From Longimicrobiales bacterium (GTDB lineage: Bacteria > Gemmatimonadota > Gemmatimonadetes > Longimicrobiales > Gaopeijiaceae): 64,000 nt of DNA. The position numbers and the translations under genes were made by a program. Positions 18,512 through 28,338 of the stretch are shown here, one piece after another; the first letter of the stretch is position 1; every line of letters begins with the position of its first letter. The notes under the pieces were generated by a model. The model was not told where the DNA came from. It searched no databases and saw nothing but the letters and a program-made list of their open reading frames with translations. The stretch covers positions 512,001 through 576,000 of the forward strand of contig CBDBCF010000002.1 of the NCBI GenBank assembly GCA_965202985.1. The letters are read 5' to 3'.

Positions 18512-18963
18512 GCTTGGCCTCCGTCCGCGCCCAGCGGCCTTCCGCAGCCTCCGCAGAACTGCGCGCCGTGGTCGTTCAGCCGACCGCAAGGCTCGCAGCG
18601 AAGCCCCGCCCGAAGCGCCCGGCGGATCGTCGCGATCTCGTCCTCCAGCTCCCGCGAGGCCGCCTCCGCGGGCGTCGCCGGGCTTCCGTCCGCCTCGACG
18701 TCGCCCGGCTCCAGCCGCTGAAGCGCCTCTCGGGAGAGCTCGCTTCGCAGCGCCTCGTAGTCGTCGCCGTCCACCTTGCCGGTGGCGCGGTCGTACTCCA
18801 GGTCGCGCAGGGCCGTCAGCGCCACGCGCCGTCGGGCCGCCGCCTCGTCGTGGAGGTCCGAGTCCTCGTCGCGGAGAGGCGCCCGACGGGCCGAGAAGAG
18901 CGGCTCCAGCACGTACAGCACGATCCCGGCGGCCAGCAGGACGCCGCCCGCCAAGACCGTCAC
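18508..18963 (-). CDS. Membrane-anchored CcmI-N-like protein with C-terminal zinc ribbon
   Basis: N-terminal TM helix, LRDLEYDRATGKVDGDDY, CEPC...FCGGCG. 4-bp overlaps on both sides. Confidence 0.7.
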   Translation of the reverse strand: MTVLAGGVLLAAGIVLYVLEPLFSARRAPLRDEDSDLHDEAAARRRVALTALRDLEYDRATGKVDGDDYEALRSELSREALQRLEPGDVEADGSPATPAEAASRELEDEIATIRRALRAGLRCEPCGRLNDHGAQFCGGCGRPLGADGGQA

Positions 18964-21038
18964 GCCGCGCGCCCAGGGATGCGCGCCGCCGCCCCAAGTG
19001 CGGCCCCTTCTCCGCGCTGCGCGCCGGACCCGCTTACGACGGCCCGCGCCCGACCCTGCCGGCCCGCGGGCCAGAGGCCGATCAGCGTTCCCGCCGCCAC
19101 GATCATCCCGCCGTACCAGATCCACGGCACCAAGGGCAGCACCTTGAACTCGAAGGTGGCAAGCTCGGCGCCCGACTCCAGGTCGACTTCGCGCGGGATC
19201 ACGTACAGGTCCTCGAACGTCGTGCTGCGGATGCCGACTTCGGTGGACGCCTCGTCCATGACCGGGTAGAAGCGGCGTTCGGGCCGAAGGACGCCCAGCC
19301 GCTCGCCGTCCCGGTGGACCGTCAGCAGCGCCGTCCAGCGCCAGTCGTTCTCCTGCACGTCCGGGCTGACGCGGGGCCGGGAGTGCGACAGGCTCTCGTA
19401 GGTCAAGTTGTACTCGTGCCCGAAGGCGGATCGCACCGACCCCGACTCTCCGGGCGCGAGTTCGTGAACCACGGCCTCGTCGAAGGCGGCGCCTGCGATC
19501 CCCGTGAAGACGATCACCACGCCGGCGTGGACCACGTAGCCGCCCCAGCGACGGCGGTTCCTCCGCACCAGCGAGCGCAGGGCCCGAACGTGCCCCTCTC
19601 CCGCGATCCGGGCGCGCGCCCGGGTTCCCTTCCAGAACTCGACGACCACCGTCGTCATCACGAACGCCGCCGTCGCGAAGGTAGCCAGCGCCAAACCGTG
19701 TCGGACGCCCTGCAGGGCCAAGATGCCCGGGACCACTGCGGCCGCGGCCAAGGGAAGCGCAAAGTTCTTGCGCAAGTTCCGCTTCGACGCCTTGCGCCAC
19801 GCGATCACCGGACCGATCCCCATGAGGCACAGCAAGGCCAGCCCGACGGGAATGTTGACCCGATTGTAGTACGGGGGGCCCACGTTGACCTTCTGGCCGA
19901 AGAGCCCCTCCGTGATCAGGGGGTGGAGCGTCCCCCACATCACCGCGAAGGTGATGCCCACCAGGAGCAGGTTGTTGAAGAGAAACGCCGACTCCCTGGA
20001 CAGGAACGACCGGATGTGGTTGTCGCTCCGAAGCGATGGAAGGCGGTGGACGATCAGCACGGCGCAAAACGCGGCGACGCCGCCCATGAAGCCCAGGAAG
20101 ATGTAGGCGATCTTCAGGTTCTCGGCGAAGCTGTGGACCGACTCGATAAGGCCGGAACGGGTCAGGAAGGTGGCGAAGATGGTGAGCAGGAACGTGGCCG
20201 CCACCAGCCCCATGTTCCACACCTTCAGCATGCCCCGGTTCTCTTGGACCTGTATGGAGTGGAGGAACGCCGTGGCCGTGAGCCAGGGCAGCAGCGAGGC
20301 GTTCTCGACCGGGTCCCAGAACCAGTAGCCGCCCCATCCCAGCTCTTCGTAGGCCCACCTCATGCCGAAGACGATTCCGTTCGTCAGGAAGAACCAGCTG
20401 AGCAGGATCCACCGCCGGGTGACGGCGATCCAGCGCGAGTCCAGTCGGTTGGCGAGCAGCGCCGAGACGGCGAAGGCGAACGGAACGGCGAAGGCGGTGA
20501 AGCCCAGGTAGAGGGTGGGCGGATGAATGGTCATCCAGTAGTTCTGCAGCTGGGGGTTGAGCCCCCGGCCGTTGGCGGGCACGAACCCCAAGCGCTCGAA
20601 GGGGTTCACGCCGGCGAAGAGCAGCACCACGATCAGGAACGACAGGATCGCCAGGAGCGTTCCCGTGACGTAGGGCATGAACTCGCGGTTCCGACGGCGG
20701 TTGCGGAACACGGCGATCGAGGCGAAGCCCGACAGCAGGAGAGTCCAGAAGACCAGCGACCCGCGCTGGCCGGCCCAGAGGCCCGCGATCTTGTAGTAGG
20801 TGCCCAGCTCCCGGTTCGAGTAGTTGGCCACGTACCAGTACTCGTACCGGTTGCCCAGGAACGCGGCGACGATGCCCGCGGAGACCAGGACCAGCAGGAA
20901 CGTCAAGGCGTAGACCGACCGTTCTCCGCTCAGGACCAGGCCTCCCCGGCCGGACCGACCTCCCGCGAAGGAGAGGACGGTTCCCCAGAGGGCGACGGGC
21001 AGGGCGATCCAAAGGGCGATCTCGCCCAGGACCGTCAC
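18960..21038 (-). CDS. ccmF: Cytochrome c heme lyase subunit F
   Basis: GLNPQLQ, IHPPTLYLG, WAYEELGWGGYWFWDPVENASLLPWL, SVHSFA. Confidence 0.96.
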   Translation of the reverse strand: MTVLGEIALWIALPVALWGTVLSFAGGRSGRGGLVLSGERSVYALTFLLVLVSAGIVAAFLGNRYEYWYVANYSNRELGTYYKIAGLWAGQRGSLVFWTLLLSGFASIAVFRNRRRNREFMPYVTGTLLAILSFLIVVLLFAGVNPFERLGFVPANGRGLNPQLQNYWMTIHPPTLYLGFTAFAVPFAFAVSALLANRLDSRWIAVTRRWILLSWFFLTNGIVFGMRWAYEELGWGGYWFWDPVENASLLPWLTATAFLHSIQVQENRGMLKVWNMGLVAATFLLTIFATFLTRSGLIESVHSFAENLKIAYIFLGFMGGVAAFCAVLIVHRLPSLRSDNHIRSFLSRESAFLFNNLLLVGITFAVMWGTLHPLITEGLFGQKVNVGPPYYNRVNIPVGLALLCLMGIGPVIAWRKASKRNLRKNFALPLAAAAVVPGILALQGVRHGLALATFATAAFVMTTVVVEFWKGTRARARIAGEGHVRALRSLVRRNRRRWGGYVVHAGVVIVFTGIAGAAFDEAVVHELAPGESGSVRSAFGHEYNLTYESLSHSRPRVSPDVQENDWRWTALLTVHRDGERLGVLRPERRFYPVMDEASTEVGIRSTTFEDLYVIPREVDLESGAELATFEFKVLPLVPWIWYGGMIVAAGTLIGLWPAGRQGRARAVVSGSGAQRGEGAALGAAARIPGRAA

Positions 21039-21457
21039 GCAGCCAGCTCCTCCTTGGCGGCCTCGTACCGACTGCCGCACTTGGTCAGCACCGCGTGCGC
21101 CCGGAAGACGCCGTCGGTTCCAAAGCGGCCCTCCAGCACGACCTCTGCCCGGTCGTTGAAGGTGTCCGGAACCATGTCCTCGTAGCGAACGGGAAACGCG
21201 ATGCCCGGATGCTCGAGATCGGCCACCCTAAACTCGTGAACCGCATGGGCGCCGCCCTCGCGCTCCCAGGACCCCTCGACGACCCGCCCGCTGACCTTGA
21301 CGCCGACTTGCCGGAAGCCGGGATCGGACTCAATCCGCTCCAGCAGCTCGGCGGGCGTGAGGTAGTAAACCATGCTCTCGGTCACGCCGGTCCACATCAG
21401 ATAGGCGACCACGCCCGCGACACCCGCGAGAGCGGCCAAGAAACGACCATTCTTCAT
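21035..21457 (-). CDS. ccmE: Heme chaperone CcmE, Cys (CxxxY) variant
   Basis: VYYLTP, PDTF, VVLEG, VLTKCGSRY. Confidence 0.9.
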   Translation of the reverse strand: MKNGRFLAALAGVAGVVAYLMWTGVTESMVYYLTPAELLERIESDPGFRQVGVKVSGRVVEGSWEREGGAHAVHEFRVADLEHPGIAFPVRYEDMVPDTFNDRAEVVLEGRFGTDGVFRAHAVLTKCGSRYEAAKEELAA

Positions 21458-21584
21458 CTAGCGACTCGACTCCGCGTTCGTGTGGTCCCTGCTCGGTCCG
21501 CCGAAAACCAAATCTAGCGAAGTGCGACCGCCGGGGCTATTGTGCCTCGCCGCCGCTGGCGTCGCGCCCTTGCTTCGCCTCTCG

Positions 21585-23123
21585 TCAGCGCGGCTCGGCA
21601 ACGGCCAGCGCACCCCGCACCGCCGCCTGCCAGCCCGCCCGCAGAGCCGCTCGCTCGTCGGGGCTCATCGACGGCTCGAACGTCCGACCCGGCGGCCACG
21701 CGTCCCTAAAGTCCTCGGGCGAGCTCCAAACGCCGGCGCGAACGCCCGCCAGTCCGGCGGCGCCCAGGGCCGTCGTCTCCACCATCCCGGCCCGACGGAC
21801 CGGGATGCCCAGCACGCCCGACAGGAAGCCCATCAGCCAGTCGTTTCGAGACGCCCCGCCGTCCACCTTGAGGTCCGTCGCGCACGCGCCGGCACCCCGC
21901 TCCATCGCCTCGAGCACGTCTCGGGTTCCGTAGGCCATGGCCTCCAGCGCGGCGCGCGCCAGGTGGGCCGGCCCGGCGCCGCGCGTCAGGCCGGTGATCG
22001 CTCCTCGGGCGTCGGGGCGCCAGTGGGGCGTTCCCAGCCCCGCGAAGGCAGGCACCATGTAGACCCCGCCGTTGCCCCGAGCGCCGCCCTCGGCGTCCAG
22101 CGACCGCGCCATCTCCTCGCTCTCCCCGGCGCTCTCCAGCAACCCCAGGCCGTCCCGCAGCCACTGCACGGCGGCCCCCGCCGCCAAGATCGACCCCTCG
22201 AGGGCGTACGCCCGCTCGCCCCGGGGGCCGCAGGCCGCCGTGACCAGGAGCCCGCCGTCCGCACGCGCCCGCCGGTCGCCGGCGTGAAGCAGCAGGAAGG
22301 CCCCCGTTCCGTACGTGCACTTGCCCTGCCCGCGCTCCCAGCACCCTTGACCGTACAGCGCCGCTTGCTGGTCCCCGGCAACGCCGCAAACGGGAACATC
22401 CACGCCGATGCTCTCGCCGTCCGCGACGCCGAACTCTCCCGCGCTCGGGCGAACCTCGGGGAGAACCGCGCGGGGTACGCCCATCAGGTCCAGCAACTCG
22501 TCGTTCCAGTCGCCTTCGTCCAGATCGTAGAGAAGCGTGCGCGAAGCGTTGGTCGGATCGGTGGCGTGGACGGCGCCCTTGGTGAGGCGGGCCAAGAGCC
22601 AAGCGTCGATCGTTCCGACGGCCAGCTCGCCCGAACGCGCGCGAGCGGCCAACTGCGGCTCCGACTCGAACAGCCACTGCAGCTTGGTGCCCGAGAAGTA
22701 GGGGTCCAGGAGCAGCCCGGTCCGGCGACGCACCATCTCCTCGTGGCCGGCCGCCTTGAGCGCCTTGCAGATCGCCGCCGTGCGCCGGTCCTGCCAGACG
22801 ATCGCGCGGTGCAGCGGCGCCAGCGTTTCGGGGTCCCACGCCACGACCGTTTCCCGCTGGTTGGCCACGCCGGCGGCGACCACGCGAACCCCCGACGATC
22901 CGCCGTGCCCGTGGGCACCGGACGCGGCCAGCGCCTTCCACGCCACGCCGCGCGTGACCCGCCAGATCTCTTCGGCGTCGTGCTCGACCCGCCCCGGCGC
23001 GGGAAAGTGCTGTTCGAACTCGGCATAGGCGCGCCCCAGCACGCGTCCGTCGGCGGATGCGACCAGGGCGGTCGTGCCCGTGGTGCCCTGGTCCAGAGCC
23101 AAGACCGCCTCGGGTCGCGTCAC
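21585..23123 (-). CDS. glpK: Glycerol kinase
   Basis: DQGTTG, NQRET, IVWQDRRT, DPYFSGTK, TNASRT, GDQQAAL, KCTYGTG. Confidence 0.96.
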   Translation of the reverse strand: MTRPEAVLALDQGTTGTTALVASADGRVLGRAYAEFEQHFPAPGRVEHDAEEIWRVTRGVAWKALAASGAHGHGGSSGVRVVAAGVANQRETVVAWDPETLAPLHRAIVWQDRRTAAICKALKAAGHEEMVRRRTGLLLDPYFSGTKLQWLFESEPQLAARARSGELAVGTIDAWLLARLTKGAVHATDPTNASRTLLYDLDEGDWNDELLDLMGVPRAVLPEVRPSAGEFGVADGESIGVDVPVCGVAGDQQAALYGQGCWERGQGKCTYGTGAFLLLHAGDRRARADGGLLVTAACGPRGERAYALEGSILAAGAAVQWLRDGLGLLESAGESEEMARSLDAEGGARGNGGVYMVPAFAGLGTPHWRPDARGAITGLTRGAGPAHLARAALEAMAYGTRDVLEAMERGAGACATDLKVDGGASRNDWLMGFLSGVLGIPVRRAGMVETTALGAAGLAGVRAGVWSSPEDFRDAWPPGRTFEPSMSPDERAALRAGWQAAVRGALAVAEPR

Positions 23124-23785
23124 GGTCGCCAGTCCGCAGCCGAGCGCTCCACGATCTCGCCGGGCAGGTACTCCATCCCCAGTTCGGGCAAGAGGGACGC
23201 GAAAGCGGCCACCGGGAACCCCACGACCGCGTAGTAGTCGCCCTCGACGCGCTCCACCAGCGCCGACCCGCAGCCCTGGATGCCGTAGCCCCCGGCCTTG
23301 TCCATGGGCTCGCCGGTGGCCACGTAGGCGCTCACCAGCTCGGCGGAGAGCGACCGGAAGACCACTCGGGCCGACGCCACGCACGACACCGTCCGACGTC
23401 GGCGCGACAGCGCAAGCCCCGTGTAGACGCTGTGCTCCCTGCCCGACAGCGCCGACAGCATGGCCCGCGCGCCGGCCGCGTCCGCCGGCTTCTCCAAGAC
23501 CGCGCCGTCCACCTCCACGACCGTGTCCCCCGCAACGATCAGCGGCTCCGGCCGACCGCTCTCGCCGCCCGCCCGGGCCGTCGTCGCGACCCGCTCCGCC
23601 TTCTCGCGAGCCAGCCGCTCCACGTAGCCTCGCGCGGACTCGCCCGGGGCGCGCAGCTCCTCCAGCTCGGCGGGCGTCGCGCGGAACCTCAACCCCAGCA
23701 TTCGCAACGCCTGGGCCCGCCGGGGCGACGCCGAAGCCAGAACGACGGGCACCGACCGTGCGCCGGACCGGCCGGTTGCGGTCAC
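23120..23785 (-). CDS. maf: Maf family nucleoside triphosphate pyrophosphatase
   Basis: LASASPRR, DTVV, EKP, DKAGGYGIQG. Confidence 0.93.
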   Translation of the reverse strand: MTATGRSGARSVPVVLASASPRRAQALRMLGLRFRATPAELEELRAPGESARGYVERLAREKAERVATTARAGGESGRPEPLIVAGDTVVEVDGAVLEKPADAAGARAMLSALSGREHSVYTGLALSRRRRTVSCVASARVVFRSLSAELVSAYVATGEPMDKAGGYGIQGCGSALVERVEGDYYAVVGFPVAAFASLLPELGMEYLPGEIVERSAADWRP

Positions 23786-25620
23786 TCGACCGTGACGGAC
23801 TTGGCCAGGTTGCGCGGCTGGTCGACATCGCAGCCCCGCAGGACGGCGGCGTGGTAGGCCAGCAGCTGAAGAGGCACCACCGACAGCACCGGCATCAGGG
23901 GCGCGACCGTGTCCGGGATCACGATCACGTCGTCCACGCGGTCGCGGAGTTCCCGCCCGGCCTCGGTCACCACCGCGACGACACGACCGTGGCGCGCCTT
24001 GATCTCTTCGACGTTGGACAGGGTCTTGGCGTAAAGCCGATCCTTGGGCGCCAGCACGATCACGGGCATGTTCTCGTCTACGAGCGCGATCGGCCCGTGT
24101 TTCATCTCCGCGGCCGGGTAACCCTCGGCGTGGACGTAACTTATCTCCTTCAACTTGAGAGCGCCCTCCAAGGCCACCGGGAACTGGTAGCCCCGCCCCA
24201 GGTACAGGAAGTTCGGCGTGTCCCGATAGCGAAGGGCAAGCCGCTTCACCTGTTCGTCCGTCTTGAGCACTTCTTCAACCTGCGCCGGCAGCTCGCGCAA
24301 CGCGTGGACGATCTCGCGTCCCTGCAGGATCGACATGCGCCGCTGACGGGCCACGGACAGGGCGAAGAGAGCAAGAGCCACGATCTGGCTGGAGAAGGAC
24401 TTGGTGGACGCGACGCCGATCTCGGGACCTGCGTGAAGGTAGATGCCGAAGTCGGTTTCGGTCGCGATGCTGGACCCGATGCCGTTCACGATCCCCATCG
24501 TCGGACAGCCACGGCGCTTGGCTTCGCGCAGCGCGGCAATCGTGTCGGCCGTCTCGCCGGACTGGCTGACTCCCAGCACCAGCGTTCGGGGCGACAGCAC
24601 GGCGTCGCGGTAGCGGAACTCGGACGCGTACTCGGCCACGGCGTGCACGCCGGCCAGCTCCTCCAGCATTCGGGCCCCGATGAGCGCGGCATGCCAGCTT
24701 GTGCCGCAGCCGGTGACGATGATCCGGTCCAAGTCGCCCAGCACCCGGTCCGGCACTTCCAGGCCCCCGAGCTTCGACGACCCTGCTTCCTCCAACAGCC
24801 GGCCCCTCGTCACGTCCTGCAACGCCGAAGGCTGCTCCACAATCTCTTTGTACATGTAGTGGTCGTAGTCGCCCTTGTCGATCTTCTTGGCGTCCCAGGT
24901 GACCACGCTCAACTTGCGCCTGACCTCTTGCCGCGCGGGCCCGAAGGTGCGGTAGCCGCTCGGGCTCAGGACCGCCGTGTCTCCGTCCCGCAGATGGACG
25001 ACCTCTCGGGTGTGCGCCACGACGGCGGCGGCGTCCGACGCGACCAGGTATTCGCCGTCTTGCCCAATGCCCAGCAAGATGGGGCTGCCGTGGCGGCCGA
25101 CCACCACCTTGTTCGGGTCCTGCGTGCTCACCACGGCGATGCCGTAGGGGCCCTCGACCTGCGCCAGGGCGACGGCCACGGCCTCCTCCAGCGAGTCCGA
25201 CTCCTGGAACGCCAGGTCCACCAGGTGGACCAGCACTTCCGTGTCCGTCTCGCTCGCGAACTCGCAGCCCATCTCGCGCAGCCGGGGTCGGTGCGCAGCG
25301 GCGTTCTCGATGATTCCGTTGTGAACGAGAGCGATGTCGCCGCCCTGCGACATGTGGGGATGGGCGTTGGCCTCCGTGGGCGCGCCGTGGGTGGCCCAGC
25401 GGGTGTGAGCGATGCCGCAGGTTCCGGCGGGCATCCGACCATTCACGGCGCGCTCCAGCTCGCGAAGCTTGCCGGCGCGGCGCTTCGTCGCCATTTCGCC
25501 CTGCGGCGTCAGGACCGACAGGCCCGCCGAGTCGTAGCCCCGGTACTCGAGGCACTTGAGGCCGTCCATGAGGATGGGACCCGCCTCTTGCGCGCCCACG
25601 TATCCGATGATTCCGCACAT
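23782..25620 (-). CDS. glmS: Glutamine--fructose-6-phosphate aminotransferase
   Basis: MCGIIGY, HTRWATHG, SQSGETADT, PRNLAKSVTVE. Confidence 0.98.
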   Translation of the reverse strand: MCGIIGYVGAQEAGPILMDGLKCLEYRGYDSAGLSVLTPQGEMATKRRAGKLRELERAVNGRMPAGTCGIAHTRWATHGAPTEANAHPHMSQGGDIALVHNGIIENAAAHRPRLREMGCEFASETDTEVLVHLVDLAFQESDSLEEAVAVALAQVEGPYGIAVVSTQDPNKVVVGRHGSPILLGIGQDGEYLVASDAAAVVAHTREVVHLRDGDTAVLSPSGYRTFGPARQEVRRKLSVVTWDAKKIDKGDYDHYMYKEIVEQPSALQDVTRGRLLEEAGSSKLGGLEVPDRVLGDLDRIIVTGCGTSWHAALIGARMLEELAGVHAVAEYASEFRYRDAVLSPRTLVLGVSQSGETADTIAALREAKRRGCPTMGIVNGIGSSIATETDFGIYLHAGPEIGVASTKSFSSQIVALALFALSVARQRRMSILQGREIVHALRELPAQVEEVLKTDEQVKRLALRYRDTPNFLYLGRGYQFPVALEGALKLKEISYVHAEGYPAAEMKHGPIALVDENMPVIVLAPKDRLYAKTLSNVEEIKARHGRVVAVVTEAGRELRDRVDDVIVIPDTVAPLMPVLSVVPLQLLAYHAAVLRGCDVDQPRNLAKSVTVE

Positions 25621-25628
25621 GACCCGAA

Positions 25629-27077
25629 TTATCGCCCTTGTCGGGAGGCTCTCTCAATGGTTCGACCAGCGCTGCGCACCAAGTGCAGAGCCGCGGGCAC
25701 GTCGTCCTCCGCAGCGTCCGCAGGAGCTTCCGCGATGATGCGCACAACGGGCTCGGTGCCCGAGGGCCGGACATGGAGCCAACTTCGGCGCTCCGACCAT
25801 GCGATGTGGAGGCCGTCGCTGCGGTCCACGTCGCCCGGCGGCAGCTCCCTCTCCAGGGCGGCGTAGCCGGCATCCATGTCCAGCTCCTCGGGAAACGTCA
25901 GCTTGCGCTTGACGATCCGGTACTTCGGGAGCGCGGCGACCCTGGCAGACAGGGGCAGTCGGTCGGCGTCGTCCGGGGCTTCCGTCGGGCGCTCGTCCAC
26001 CAGGTACTGAAGCACGAGCGCCGCTCCGGCCACCGCGTCCCGCGTATGATGAAGCGCCGGCACGATGACGCCTCCGTTGCCTTCGCCGCCCACCACGGCG
26101 TTCTCCTCGATCATGCGCGACGCCACGTTGATCTCGCCCACCGGCGCCCGAACCATGGGACAGTCGTGGCGCGCCGCCACGTCTTCCACGATCCGGCTGG
26201 TGGACAGGCTCGCAACCGTCGTCCCGCGCCGGCGCCGCAGCACCACGTCCGCGGCCAGCGCCAGGGTGACGTCCTCTCCCAAGGCGCGGCCCTTCTCGTC
26301 CACCAACGAAAGGCGGTCGCCGTCCGGGTCCACGGCCAACCCGACGTCGGCGCCGGACCCCACGGTCAGCCGACACAAGTCCTCCAAGTTCGCCGCGGTG
26401 GGCTCCGGGTCCCGCGGGAAGCGCCCGTTGGGCTCGGTTCCGACGGCGTGCACGCTGCACCCCAGGCGCTCCAGCAGCTCGGGCACGACCACGCCCCCCG
26501 CCCCGTTCACGCAGTCCAGGGCGACGCGAATCCCCGCGGCCCGAATGCACTCCGGCTCCACATAGGGAAGCGTCAGGACGCGCTCCAAGTGGCGAGCCGC
26601 GGCGCCGTCGTCGCAGGTCGGGGCGTGAAGAACGTCCCACTGCGCCCGCCGGGGTTCGCGCGTCGTCAGGAACGCCACGAAGCGGGCCATCCGCTTCGCC
26701 GGCAGAAAGGTCCCCGCCCCGACCGCGAACTTGAGGGCGTTCCACTGGGCGGGGTTGTGGCTGGCCGTGACCACGACGCCGCCGGCCGCGTCCGCGTCCG
26801 CCACGGCCATGAGCACGCTGGGCGTGGGCGCGACGCCCAGCTCGGTGACTTGGCACCCCACCGAGATCAGCCCCGCGACGACGGCCCGCTGCAGCATCGG
26901 CCCCGAGGTCCGCGAGTCCCGCCCCACCAGGACGAGCGAGCCGTCCCCCTCCTCTTGCAGGAAGGCGCCGTACGCCGCTCCCAGCGCCGCCCCCAACTCG
27001 GGCGTGAACGGGTCGCCCACCCGCCCGCGAAAGCCGGATACGCTGGTCATGAGGCTGTCGGGCAGGGAGACGGGCAT
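25629..27077 (-). CDS. glmM: Phosphoglucosamine mutase / phosphohexomutase
   Basis: GRDSRTSG, TASHNP, DPDGDR, GGEGNGG, RPSGTEP. Immediately upstream of glmS. Confidence 0.85.
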   Translation of the reverse strand: MPVSLPDSLMTSVSGFRGRVGDPFTPELGAALGAAYGAFLQEEGDGSLVLVGRDSRTSGPMLQRAVVAGLISVGCQVTELGVAPTPSVLMAVADADAAGGVVVTASHNPAQWNALKFAVGAGTFLPAKRMARFVAFLTTREPRRAQWDVLHAPTCDDGAAARHLERVLTLPYVEPECIRAAGIRVALDCVNGAGGVVVPELLERLGCSVHAVGTEPNGRFPRDPEPTAANLEDLCRLTVGSGADVGLAVDPDGDRLSLVDEKGRALGEDVTLALAADVVLRRRRGTTVASLSTSRIVEDVAARHDCPMVRAPVGEINVASRMIEENAVVGGEGNGGVIVPALHHTRDAVAGAALVLQYLVDERPTEAPDDADRLPLSARVAALPKYRIVKRKLTFPEELDMDAGYAALERELPPGDVDRSDGLHIAWSERRSWLHVRPSGTEPVVRIIAEAPADAAEDDVPAALHLVRSAGRTIERASRQGR

Positions 27078-27150
27078 GAAGGAAGCTAGGTCGGGCAGGC
27101 CGAAGGTCAAGCGCGGGGCTAGATTGACGAAGGTCCGCTCGCGCCGGGCC

Positions 27151-28338
27151 ATGCCGTCCTTCAAGGAGATCGCCGTTCCCGTGCCTCGTTCACTGCCCGG
27201 CTTCGCCACCCGTTGCGTGCACGCGGGCCAGAGCCCCGAACCCTCCACGGGCGCGATCACGACTCCGGTCTTCCAGACGTCCACGTACGTGCAGGACGGC
27301 TTGGGACGCCACAAGGGCTACGAGTACGCCCGCCTGCAGAACCCGACGCGTGAGGCGGCCGAGGCCAACGTGGCGGCCCTGGAGAACGGAGCGCACGGCC
27401 TGGCCTTCTCCAGCGGCTTGGCGGCGATCGAGTGCCTGGTCAAGGCCGCTGCGGCCGGAGGCCATGTGGTCAGCGAGGAGAACACCTACGGCGGCACGAC
27501 GCGCATGTTCGTTCACGTGCTTTCGCGCCTGGGGATCGACGTGTCGTTCGTGGACTGCCGCGACTTGGACGCCGTCCGGGCAGCGCTTCGGCCCTCGACA
27601 AAGCTGATCCTGGCGGAGACGCCGTCCAACCCGCTCATGCGGATCACCGACATGGGCGCTTTGGGCGGGGTCGCGCGCGCCGCCGGCGCCCTGTTGTGCG
27701 TGGACAACACCTTCGCGTCGCCCTTCAACCAGAACCCGCTGGACTTGGGCGCGGACGCGGTGGTGCACTCCGCCACCAAGTACCTGAACGGACACTCCGA
27801 CGTGCTTGGCGGCGCGCTGGTCGTGAACGACGACGCCCTGGCCGACGAGCTGCACTTCGTTCGCAAATCCACGGGACCCGTCCCCGGTCCGATGGACTCG
27901 TGGCTGGTCCTTCGGGGCGCGAAGACGCTTCACGTGCGCATGGAGCGCCACAACGAGAACGGCCTCCGGATCGCCCGCTTCCTGGAGTCGCTGCCGCAGG
28001 TTCGGGCCGTCCACTACCCCGGGCTGGCGTCCCACCCGCAGCACGACCTGGCCAAACTGCAGATGCGCGGCTTCTCGGGGATGGTCTCGGCGGAGTTCGA
28101 CGCTTCCCTGGCCCGGAGGCTGGTGGAGCGCACCCGCCTTTTCCGCCTGGCGGAGAGCCTGGGCGGCGTCGAGTCGATGATCTGCGTGCCCGCCCTCATG
28201 ACCCACGCTTCAGTGCCCGAAGACCGCCGGCTCCGCATGGGAATCGGCAACGGACTGGTCCGGTTCTCCGTAGGAATCGAAGACGGGGACGACTTGATCG
28301 CCGACATCGAACAGGCACTGCCCAAGGACAGCTCATGA
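27151..28338 (+). CDS. Cystathionine gamma-synthase/gamma-lyase family PLP enzyme
   Basis: FQTSTY, YARLQNPTR, ETPSNP, DNTFASP, HSATKYLNGHSD, AESLGGVES. Start 27151 or 27181. Confidence 0.92.
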   Translation: MPSFKEIAVPVPRSLPGFATRCVHAGQSPEPSTGAITTPVFQTSTYVQDGLGRHKGYEYARLQNPTREAAEANVAALENGAHGLAFSSGLAAIECLVKAAAAGGHVVSEENTYGGTTRMFVHVLSRLGIDVSFVDCRDLDAVRAALRPSTKLILAETPSNPLMRITDMGALGGVARAAGALLCVDNTFASPFNQNPLDLGADAVVHSATKYLNGHSDVLGGALVVNDDALADELHFVRKSTGPVPGPMDSWLVLRGAKTLHVRMERHNENGLRIARFLESLPQVRAVHYPGLASHPQHDLAKLQMRGFSGMVSAEFDASLARRLVERTRLFRLAESLGGVESMICVPALMTHASVPEDRRLRMGIGNGLVRFSVGIEDGDDLIADIEQALPKDSS

